Assembly: GCA_950079155.1 (NCBI GenBank)
Contig: CATMWH010000008.1
Location: forward strand, 20,779 to 84,778
Length of the DNA: 64,000 bases
DNA from: an uncultured Christensenella sp.
GTDB lineage: Bacteria; Bacillota; Clostridia; Christensenellales; UBA3700
Direction: 5' to 3'
Below, in pieces: positions 17,264 through 24,646 of the stretch; the stretch's first letter is position 1, and each line of letters opens with the position of its first letter. The notes beneath the pieces are model-generated. The model saw nothing but the letters and a program-made list of their open reading frames with translations. It ran no database searches and had not been told where the DNA came from. Made by a program: the position numbers and the translations under genes.

Positions 17264-20098
17264 ATGTTGAAATACATACCTAAAAAGACAAAGATAAAAA
17301 GTACGATATGGAAATCATATTCATTAAAAGACGTGCTTATAGTAGGTATAATGTTTGCAGTTGTAGTTGCGTTGTTAATGAGCAATTTAAAAGGTAAGTG
17401 GTTTATAGGGATAGGAACGGCAATCGTTTGTATGTTTGTAATGTTGCCATCGTCTAAGGATACTTTAATATATGAAGAAATATTAAATCTTATAAAGTAT
17501 ATTTTTAGTAAAAAAAAGTACGTTGGCGCGCAAGTGGACAAACTAGTACCATATATGGGCTTTGAAGAAGATGGAACTATTAGATACCCAGACTATTACG
17601 GACGAGTTATCCGTATAGGCTGTAAGACGTTTGCGCTTGAGACTGAGTATGCGCAAGAGAGAGATATAGAGAGCCTTGCTAAAGCGCTTTCTTGTCTTGA
17701 TACAGGCAAGGTAATGGATATTGTAAAGATAGATAGACCAATAATATTTGATAGTTATATAAAAGAACTAGAAGATAAGTTGAGTTTACTTGGCAAATCA
17801 AGAACCAAGGCAACTAGAATTCGACGTGCAATACTTGAATCAAGAATTGCTCAACTCAAATATATGAACTCACAGGATCCTGTATATAAGTCCGAATACT
17901 ATATCGTGATCTATGACGGAATACTCAAAGAACTCAATCGCGTTGCAGATCAAATAAGCGCATATTTGAGGGGAGCAGAGTTGGATTGCGAAATATTGAA
18001 CAATGCTAAAGACGTTGCTATCTTTTTAAAATATTGCAATGTGCGCAACTTCGATGAGCGCGAGTCAGAAGGCAAGACACCTCAAGAGTTGCTTGCTTGG
18101 GTAAAACCGACTGAAATTAAATTCCATAGTAGCGGATATACGATAAATGGTGTAAAGGCATTTAATTATGCGATCGCTGATTATCCGTTGACTGTTGATG
18201 CGGCGTGGGGCGCTGAGTTGTTTGATATGGATAAGACTAAGGTTGTAATGCACCTTGTTCCTGTGGATCAGAACAAGGCAATATCAAGAGTGGATAAGGT
18301 TTGTCGAGAACTTTTAGCAAGAGAAGAAGCATACAAGGCTAGTGAGGTTCTTGAGCAAGAAACTCACTTAGATAGTATGTCTGCGCTGTTGACGTCGTTG
18401 CAGAATGGCGGAGAAAACCTTTACGACGTAACTACCGTCGTGACAGGCTTTTGCTATGAAGACAACGAAAGAGCCTTTAAGAAAAGTATCAATAGCCGTA
18501 TCCGAGTACGTGGCTTTTCTACAGATAATTTATACGTTCGTCAATTGAACGGATTTGTGACGTCGAATATCTCAAGACGTTCGTCGTTGAGGAATATAGA
18601 GCGTGGCATCAATGGCGGAAGTATCGCATCTGTTTTTCCATTTGTGCATACAACTATGCTAGAGTCAGGTGGCGTACTTTACGGCACCGGCGCATACCCA
18701 GTCATTTGGAATATGTGGAAGAAAGATGGCACGCACCGTAACGCAAATACGATTATATTCGGTCGTCCTGGTTCAGGTAAAAGTTATTTCTTGAAATCAC
18801 TTTTGTCGCAATCACTTGGAGACGGTTGTTTATGTTTTATCATAGATCCGGAGAATGAGTATGGAGATCTTGTCCGCAACGTAGGCGGAGAAATGATTGA
18901 CGTTGGATCGGCAAGCAAAGGTTGTCTAAATCCGTTCCATATCTATCAGATATTGACAGAAGATGGCAATGTTGCGCCGCCGAGCCAAGTCTACTATTCG
19001 CATCTAAAGACGCTTGAAAGTTTCTTTAAAGTCATACTCGAAGGCTGTGATGCAGATACTCTTGAGTTAATAAACAATGTCGTCAATGACGTTTATGAAG
19101 CAAAAGGAATTAAGCCTGAAACTGATGTGTCTCAATATACTGCTGAGCAATTTCCGGTTTTTGATGATTTGTTTACAATGTTGACACAAAAAGAACAAGA
19201 CCAAATTAGTGATAAAGTAATCGATACTTACATAAAGGCTCAAAACTATGTCAAGAAGTTTACCACAGGCGGACGATACAGTGACCTTTGGGGCAAGCCA
19301 TCTACGTTGACGTCTGATAACGTAATGACGGTATTCAACTTCCAAAGCCTTTTTGCCAACAAGAATAACCTTGTTGCAAATGCTCAAATGCTTTTGGTAT
19401 TTAGATTTTTGGAGCAACAAGTAATCAATATAAGAGAGAAAAATCGTAGCGCGAAGAAACCGCATAGAATTGTAATCGTTGCTGACGAGGCTCACTTGTT
19501 TATTGATCCAAAATATCCTATAGCAGTTGATTTCTTCTACCAAATGACTAAACGTATTCGTAAATATGACGGAACGTTTATTCCGGCAACTCAAAACGTC
19601 GCAGACTGGTTGGCAAATGATGAACTTAAATCCAAGACGTCGGCTGTAATAAAAAATACGCAATACACGTTCGTATTTGCGCTTAATCCGTCCGACGTAG
19701 AGGATTTAGCGGAGTTATACAAAAATAATCCTATCAATGAAGAAGAGCAGAATCTAATAATATCTGCAGGTATGGGAGATTGCTTCTATATTGGTGCGTA
19801 CAATGAAAGATTTACGTTTAGCATAGTCACAAACGAACTTGTCGAGGCAGTATTTAGTGATAAGAATTTTGTGCGTAATTGGCTTGATAAAAAGGTCATA
19901 GCGCAAAACGGCAACGGCGCAACTGCACAAGAGGCAGAGAACGCCGACGCCGAGACGCCTCAAGAAGAAGTGCCGCAAAATGTAGATGTGCAGCCACAAA
20001 ACGTGGAGGCACAACCGCAAGGTGCAGAAGATAATCAACAATCACAAGAACGAGAATATGAGGAGGGAAACGACAATGAGAGTAATAGGATTGGTTAA
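17264..20098 (+). CDS. VirB4/TraE/TrsE-family conjugation ATPase with N-terminal TM (VirB3-like) segment
   Basis: Walker A FGRPGSGKSYF and Walker B RIVIVADEAHLF in a 944-aa protein. The C-terminus is a low-complexity P/Q/E tail. Confidence 0.9.
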   Translation: MLKYIPKKTKIKSTIWKSYSLKDVLIVGIMFAVVVALLMSNLKGKWFIGIGTAIVCMFVMLPSSKDTLIYEEILNLIKYIFSKKKYVGAQVDKLVPYMGFEEDGTIRYPDYYGRVIRIGCKTFALETEYAQERDIESLAKALSCLDTGKVMDIVKIDRPIIFDSYIKELEDKLSLLGKSRTKATRIRRAILESRIAQLKYMNSQDPVYKSEYYIVIYDGILKELNRVADQISAYLRGAELDCEILNNAKDVAIFLKYCNVRNFDERESEGKTPQELLAWVKPTEIKFHSSGYTINGVKAFNYAIADYPLTVDAAWGAELFDMDKTKVVMHLVPVDQNKAISRVDKVCRELLAREEAYKASEVLEQETHLDSMSALLTSLQNGGENLYDVTTVVTGFCYEDNERAFKKSINSRIRVRGFSTDNLYVRQLNGFVTSNISRRSSLRNIERGINGGSIASVFPFVHTTMLESGGVLYGTGAYPVIWNMWKKDGTHRNANTIIFGRPGSGKSYFLKSLLSQSLGDGCLCFIIDPENEYGDLVRNVGGEMIDVGSASKGCLNPFHIYQILTEDGNVAPPSQVYYSHLKTLESFFKVILEGCDADTLELINNVVNDVYEAKGIKPETDVSQYTAEQFPVFDDLFTMLTQKEQDQISDKVIDTYIKAQNYVKKFTTGGRYSDLWGKPSTLTSDNVMTVFNFQSLFANKNNLVANAQMLLVFRFLEQQVINIREKNRSAKKPHRIVIVADEAHLFIDPKYPIAVDFFYQMTKRIRKYDGTFIPATQNVADWLANDELKSKTSAVIKNTQYTFVFALNPSDVEDLAELYKNNPINEEEQNLIISAGMGDCFYIGAYNERFTFSIVTNELVEAVFSDKNFVRNWLDKKVIAQNGNGATAQEAENADAETPQEEVPQNVDVQPQNVEAQPQGAEDNQQSQEREYEEGNDNESNRIG

Positions 20099-20855
20099 TC
20101 AAAAAGGCGGAGTGGCAAAGACCACTACCGCCAGCGCCCTAGCGTATGGTTTGGCGCGAAACGGCAAAAGGACACTTTTAGTGGACTTTGACCCACAAGG
20201 CAATTTGACAGTTGCGTGCGGCATTGTTACCAATGAAGGTAATCCACCAGCGCTTAAATTGATAGATTTAAAGACAAGCGCTGAGATTGAGAATTTAGAG
20301 CCGGGTTTGGACTTTGTTGCGTCTGGTATTGGTCTCGAGACCGCGAATATGATACTTGCCGGTAAGCCGTGCCGGGAATTGTATCTCAAGCGAGCACTCA
20401 AGAAGTTTGAAAACGAATACGACTACGTAGTCATTGATAGCAATCCGTCTTTGTCAATTATAACGTTGAACGTGCTTTCGGCTTGTGATGAGATAATCGT
20501 GCCTTTCAAGCCGGAATTTAATTCAGAGAAAGGTGTAAATCTCTTGATTGAGACTGTTGAAGAGATTCGCCAAATCAATGAGAATTTAAGAATTAGAGGA
20601 TTTCTTGTGACAATGGCGGATCGTCGTCGACGTTCAACAAATGAGAGCGTAGAGTATGTCAAGGAGCAAGCGCAAGGTTGCCAAAGTAAAGTCTACACGA
20701 GTTGGATCCGTCAATCGGTCGTTGCTGCAGATGCGCCAAAAATCGGCAAGAGTGTCTATGACTACCGCCCGGGCAGTCCGCTTGTTGCAGACTATGAGGC
20801 GTTCGTTCAAGAATTTTTAAAGGAGGAAGAAGATGCAGACACAAGAAAAAAATAG
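20076..20855 (+). CDS. parA: ParA/Soj-family partition ATPase
   Basis: ATG 20076 follows GAGGAGGG. Deviant Walker A in MRVIGLVNQKGGVAKTTTA, then LVDFDPQGN. The track ORF start at 19986 lies inside the VirB4 gene. Confidence 0.9.
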   Translation: MRVIGLVNQKGGVAKTTTASALAYGLARNGKRTLLVDFDPQGNLTVACGIVTNEGNPPALKLIDLKTSAEIENLEPGLDFVASGIGLETANMILAGKPCRELYLKRALKKFENEYDYVVIDSNPSLSIITLNVLSACDEIIVPFKPEFNSEKGVNLLIETVEEIRQINENLRIRGFLVTMADRRRRSTNESVEYVKEQAQGCQSKVYTSWIRQSVVAADAPKIGKSVYDYRPGSPLVADYEAFVQEFLKEEEDADTRKK

Positions 20856-21051
20856 CAGCAGTAGTGGAACTGTATTGAGTTTACTTTCTATACATAGAGT
20901 GGTAGACATCCCGCAAAAAGATAAGATGAAAATGGTTAATTTTAGGATGAAAGAGAGCGAAATTGAAGCATTTGATTTATATTGCGAGGCAAACGGTATT
21001 AAAAATAAGAGTGAACTAATACGCGCGTTAATTTGCAACCTAATTAAGTAA
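20833..21051 (+). CDS. ribbon-helix-helix (CopG/ParG-like) DNA-binding protein
   Basis: ATG follows AAGGAGG and overlaps the parA 3' end. The C-terminal segment KMVNFRMKESEIEAFDLYCEANGIKNKSELIRALI shows the RHH pattern, and the N-terminus looks flexible. Confidence 0.6.
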   Translation: MQTQEKNSSSSGTVLSLLSIHRVVDIPQKDKMKMVNFRMKESEIEAFDLYCEANGIKNKSELIRALICNLIK

Positions 21052-21072
21052 GTAAAGACAATTTGTCTTTAC
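21052..21072. repeat. GTAAAGAC motif pair 3 (inverted; perfect 10+1+10 palindrome)
   Basis: GTAAAGACAA-T-TTGTCTTTAC starts immediately after the RHH gene stop codon. Confidence 0.9.
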
Positions 21073-21106
21073 AAATGTAAAATCATAGTTATTTTGTTAA
21101 AACGTA

Positions 21107-21135
21107 TTGACAAGATAAATAGATAGGCGTATAAT
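21107..21135 (+). promoter_or_regulatory. sigma-70-type promoter
   Basis: TTGACA (21107-21112), 17 nt, TATAAT (21130-21135). Confidence 0.7.
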
Positions 21136-21141
21136 AACAAT

Positions 21142-21264
21142 ATACAAGTCAGCGATGCCCCGCTAGAGAGGGCCTTTGATAATCGGTGATGCCCAACCAA
21201 CTTAATAGGGCCTAGACTTGTAGAGTACAGACGCCATAAAACAGATGCCGTCTGTTTTTATTTT
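21142..21264 (+). ncRNA. candidate structured small RNA / leader (ToxI-like position)
   Basis: It lies between a consensus promoter and a hairpin plus T-run (21227-21264). Closing stem TACAAGTC/GACTTGTA (21143-21150 / 21215-21222). Two degenerate units each carry GATGCCC (21154, 21188) and AGGGCCT (21169, 21207). Confidence 0.35.
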
Positions 21265-21278
21265 AGGAGAACTTTAAG

Positions 21279-22124
21279 ATGAAAGAAAAAATGAATATAT
21301 ATTATCTTGATAAGGCATATCAAGATTACATAAAACCGCAGACAAGAAACAGTCAAGCAGCAGAAAAAGAAGAAAGCAAAAGACGCACGTCGGGAGTGGT
21401 GTTGTTTGGCTTTGGCGGAACAAAGAACTATTTTGTGCCATTGAGAGTTGGCGAACAGGAACAGAAGAAGTCTGAAATGGGATTGACGCACGGTCTCAAT
21501 AAAGGCAAGAATGGTTATCTAGATTTTAGTGAGATGGTTCCGGTACAAAATAAAGATCTTCAATTGTTGGACATTTCTAACTTGCCAACGTGCAATCTCA
21601 AGAGGAACTTGCAACGACAAGCAAGGTATATACAGAGAGAACAAAAGAAGATAATGGAATGCGCAGCGGAAGTATACTTGAATTGCGTCCATTATCCAGA
21701 GAGTAAGATTGCATCAGAATGTAACGACATTCTTATGCTCGAAGAGAAAGAACGCTTGTGGAGAGAAGGAAAAGTCCAAAAGGTCGAGAAAAAAGTGGTA
21801 AAGCCAGCCGAAGAAAAAAAGACTGAAGAACCGGCGGACAAGCCAACGAAAAAGACTTACAAAGAGACAAACACCTATAAATTAGCCGTAGAAAAATACG
21901 GACAAAAAGTAGCGGATAAGATGATCGCTGACGCTCTTAAGCAAGCGATGACACAAGAGAAAGAAGACAAGAAGACGGAGAAAAAACAAACTACATCAAC
22001 TTCATCGACAAGCAAAAAGACAGTAAAGAAAGTAGTTGCATCGTCTTCAAAGAAATCGACGTCGGCTGAAAAAGGAATGGTTACAACCGTAACAATCCAA
22101 AGTTCGCCTGCAAAAGGAAAGTAA
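21279..22124 (+). CDS. ToxN/AbiQ-like domain protein with K/E/S/T-rich C-terminal extension
   Basis: The N-terminal ~165 aa follow the ToxN/AbiQ pattern as I recall it: IYYLDKAYQDYI; SGVVLFGFGGTKNYFVPL; GYLDFSEMVPV...LQLLDISNLP; LKRNLQRQARYIQ; CNDILMLEEKERLW. The family PL[ST]SPK motif reads PLRVGE here. Confidence 0.6.
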   Translation: MKEKMNIYYLDKAYQDYIKPQTRNSQAAEKEESKRRTSGVVLFGFGGTKNYFVPLRVGEQEQKKSEMGLTHGLNKGKNGYLDFSEMVPVQNKDLQLLDISNLPTCNLKRNLQRQARYIQREQKKIMECAAEVYLNCVHYPESKIASECNDILMLEEKERLWREGKVQKVEKKVVKPAEEKKTEEPADKPTKKTYKETNTYKLAVEKYGQKVADKMIADALKQAMTQEKEDKKTEKKQTTSTSSTSKKTVKKVVASSSKKSTSAEKGMVTTVTIQSSPAKGK

Positions 22125-22128
22125 ATAT

Positions 22129-22149
22129 GTAAAGACGATTTGTCTTTAC
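22129..22149. repeat. GTAAAGAC motif pair 4 (inverted)
   Basis: GTAAAGAC-GATTT-GTCTTTAC starts 4 nt after the stop of the ToxN-like gene. Confidence 0.9.
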
Positions 22150-22183
22150 AAACAAAATAAATCATATAGAATTGGAGAAAAAT

Positions 22184-22519
22184 ATGCAAAAAATGCTAAT
22201 TCAATTAGATGTAGAAAAAATTGAGAGAGATAATAAGTACGACATTAAAGATATGTGGAAAGCCATAGATGAGATCTTTGCTAAACAAAAATGTGTAAAA
22301 GAAGTCAATGAAGACGGCTCGGCAATGTATTTGGGTAATCCAAATACTGATAATTATTTGGCAGACTTTGGAATAGCTTATATTACATTAAAGTCTAGTT
22401 CTTGGTTTCTTGAGTATGCATTAAAATGGATATGGTATGATAACGATGAAGATGAAAATGGCTCCTTTGAAGAAAGTGACACTCTATATAGAGTTAAGAA
22501 AAAATTAGGAATGATTTAG
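22184..22519 (+). CDS. hypothetical acidic protein
   Basis: ATG 22184 follows GGAG. 111 aa with no motif I recognise. It sits directly upstream of the VapD-like gene. Confidence 0.6.
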   Translation: MQKMLIQLDVEKIERDNKYDIKDMWKAIDEIFAKQKCVKEVNEDGSAMYLGNPNTDNYLADFGIAYITLKSSSWFLEYALKWIWYDNDEDENGSFEESDTLYRVKKKLGMI

Positions 22520-22531
22520 GCGAATTTTATT

Positions 22532-23077
22532 ATGGAAAAGGGAAAGATAAAAGCATTAAATTTTGATTTAGATACAAATGTTATGAAATCATTAGGAGTG
22601 TATCCAGATGGATATAGACAATTAGGCAAGGCTCTTCACGAGGCAGGTTTTTTGCATAGACAAGGCTCTGGATATGTATCAAAGGGAAAACTTCTGAACG
22701 ATGACGTCAATGATATAGTTGAGAGTTTAACAGTAAAAAATCCGTGGCTGGTTAAATGTGTAAACAAGTTAGACGTTACAGACGTTGGAAAACAACACGA
22801 CTTAACAAAAGTAGTTCTTGCAGCATTGTCATCAAAAGCAGGTGTAAAACTCAAAGAAAAAGATGATAACTCTTTAGTTCAACAGTACAAGCAAACTTCT
22901 GCGTATAAATCTAACGTTGAGAAGTTCGGACAGAAAACCGCAGATAAGATGCTTGCCGAGTCAATTAAGAATTTGACAGCACAAGAGAAAAAAGGAAGAT
23001 GGACGTCGCCTAAAAAACAAACAATTAAAGCCCCTCAAGGCAAAACGGAGAAGAATAATTCTGGAAAAGGAAAGTGA
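22532..23077 (+). CDS. VapD-like (Cas2-superfamily) protein with K-rich C-terminal extension
   Basis: KALNFDLDT...GYRQLGKALHEAGFLHRQGSGY...NPWLVKCVNKLDVTDVGKQHDLT parallels VapD (YAIAFDL...AYTDIGAVLAKFGFVRTQGSLY...), recalled from memory. The C-terminal module is shared with the 21279 gene. Confidence 0.65.
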   Translation: MEKGKIKALNFDLDTNVMKSLGVYPDGYRQLGKALHEAGFLHRQGSGYVSKGKLLNDDVNDIVESLTVKNPWLVKCVNKLDVTDVGKQHDLTKVVLAALSSKAGVKLKEKDDNSLVQQYKQTSAYKSNVEKFGQKTADKMLAESIKNLTAQEKKGRWTSPKKQTIKAPQGKTEKNNSGKGK

Positions 23078-23078
23078 A

Positions 23079-23114
23079 CTGTCTTTACAAATCGTCTTTA
23101 CAATTTGCCTTTAC
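23079..23114 (-). repeat. GTAAAGAC motif cluster 5 (three units on minus strand)
   Basis: GTCTTTAC at 23081 and 23094, GCCTTTAC at 23107, in a 13-nt register. It starts 3 nt after the VapD-like gene stop. Confidence 0.9.
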
Positions 23115-23130
23115 CAACAGAAAATTTTTT

Positions 23131-23162
23131 ACGTCATATTGAAGAGATATGGCGTTTTTTAT
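23131..23162 (+). terminator. rho-independent terminator
   Basis: ACGTCATAT/ATATGGCGT 9-bp stem followed by TTTTTTAT. Confidence 0.65.
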
Positions 23163-23236
23163 TGAAAAATTTTTACTAATTATGCTAAAATCTACTAAAA
23201 CTAATTAGGCATTTATAGGCCATAAGGGAGATAATC

Positions 23237-24601
23237 TTGAATACACAAGAAAAATTAAAAGATTTAGTAGAGCAATGCGTAAGTTCAATCATTTCAATGT
23301 TTAGCGAGGCGATAAGCAAAGGCTCGTTTACATTGGCCGTACAAGAGACAAAATCTTTGACGGACAATCTAGGTGTCAATATTTTAGAAACACTATGTAG
23401 AAAAGCCGACAAGATTTATAATGACACTCGAGATAAGCATCAAGTGACGATAAAGGATAAATCCAAGACAAGACATCTAATAACAGAGTTAGGAGAAGTT
23501 ACGCTTGAGCGCATTTGTTATTTTGACAAACGAAGTGGCAAGCGCTTTTTTGCTGTTGACGAAATGTTGGGACTAGAGAAGCGCAGTCGAGTTGAGCAAG
23601 GATTGCAAGCCAAACTTATTGAGCAGGCTACGCTTACGAGTTTTGGAAAGTCTAGTGCAGCGGTAAATAATGCAGTATCTCGACAGACCGTTTATAATCT
23701 CACAAAGAAGTTGAAGACAATAGAGGCCAAAATGCCTGCAGAACGTCGGGATGTCAGCGATATTTATATTGAGGCAGACGAGGATCATATCCATCTGCAG
23801 AACGGTAAGAGCGCCGAAGTCAAGTTGGTCTATGTCCACGATGGGGTAAAGACGATTTGTAAAGACAGAACGCAACTTCAAAATGTTCGATACTTCGTAT
23901 CGGTTGATGACGACCCTGACAAGATATGGAACGACGTTGCGCATTATGTTTATCGGAAGTATTCTATGCTCAATGCTAAGGCGCATATATCTGGTGACGG
24001 TGCGTATTGGATTAAATATGGTCAACATATTTTTCACAAAGCGCAGTATCACATAGACAAATTCCATATTCAAAAATCCGCAACGGCCGTTGCAAAGGGC
24101 AATCGACAAGTACGTAGCAAAATATTGGCCGCAATGAGAAAGAGAGATTACAAAAGTCTGAAGACGGTTTTTCAAGAACAGTATCTCAAGTATACTGAGC
24201 GTACGGAACGTCGCACCATCGCAGAGCAATATTTTTATTTGCTAAATAATATGGAGACGTACGGAATCAAAAACCGGTGCAGCGCAGAGGGGCACGTCTC
24301 TCACGTTCTGTCTGATCGTATGAGTTCTCGGCCAATGGGTTGGTCAAGGGCTGGAGCAGAGCAAATGGCGAAGCTTCGCGCATTTTACTTTAATGGCGGC
24401 AATTTCTTAGATTTAATCCGATATGGAAAAATAGCAGAGGATGATATGCAAGAAATTTATACGACTAGATACAATTCGCACGTCAACGCTGTCAAACTTG
24501 GCGTCGCGCCAACACCAGCAAAAGTATACTCAGTAGCCAGCATTGCGGGGCAAAATACACGAATTTCAAAGCTTTTACGCAGTTTAATAAAAATAAAATA
24601 A
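23237..24601 (+). CDS. DDE transposase, ISLre2/UPF0236-like
   Basis: TTG start after GGGAG. Motifs IYIEADEDHIHLQ, GDGAYWIK and HIDKFHIQK match the ISLre2/UPF0236 pattern as I recall it. 454 aa. Confidence 0.75.
   Translation: MNTQEKLKDLVEQCVSSIISMFSEAISKGSFTLAVQETKSLTDNLGVNILETLCRKADKIYNDTRDKHQVTIKDKSKTRHLITELGEVTLERICYFDKRSGKRFFAVDEMLGLEKRSRVEQGLQAKLIEQATLTSFGKSSAAVNNAVSRQTVYNLTKKLKTIEAKMPAERRDVSDIYIEADEDHIHLQNGKSAEVKLVYVHDGVKTICKDRTQLQNVRYFVSVDDDPDKIWNDVAHYVYRKYSMLNAKAHISGDGAYWIKYGQHIFHKAQYHIDKFHIQKSATAVAKGNRQVRSKILAAMRKRDYKSLKTVFQEQYLKYTERTERRTIAEQYFYLLNNMETYGIKNRCSAEGHVSHVLSDRMSSRPMGWSRAGAEQMAKLRAFYFNGGNFLDLIRYGKIAEDDMQEIYTTRYNSHVNAVKLGVAPTPAKVYSVASIAGQNTRISKLLRSLIKIK
23846..23868 (+). 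repeat. GTAAAGAC motif pair 6 (direct, inside the transposase ORF)
   Basis: GTAAAGACGATTTGTAAAGACAG is the exact reverse complement of 23079-23101. Confidence 0.9.
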
Positions 24602-24646
24602 AAAATATGCCTAAAAAACTTGACACCGTCGAGCGGAATTATTGCG

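Noticed and set aside
19986-20075. N-terminal extension of ParA in the track ORF
   Set aside because: The extension lies inside the VirB4 gene's low-complexity tail. The canonical ParA N-terminus MRVIGLVNQKGG starts at ATG 20076 after a strong RBS.
14690-23868. Whether the GTAAAGAC arrays could be a CRISPR array or ordinary terminators
   Set aside because: The units are 8 nt in a 13-nt register with only 2-3 units per site, scattered over 9 kb, which is not a repeat-spacer array. The inverted pairs lack T-tails and the direct pairs cannot form hairpins, so they are not simple intrinsic terminators.
23204-24614. An 8-bp inverted match (TTAGGCAT / ATGCCTAA) as terminal inverted repeats of a discrete IS around the transposase
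   Set aside because: It is too short to be significant in AT-rich DNA, and no flanking target duplication is seen. It is kept only as a caveat in the transposase finding.
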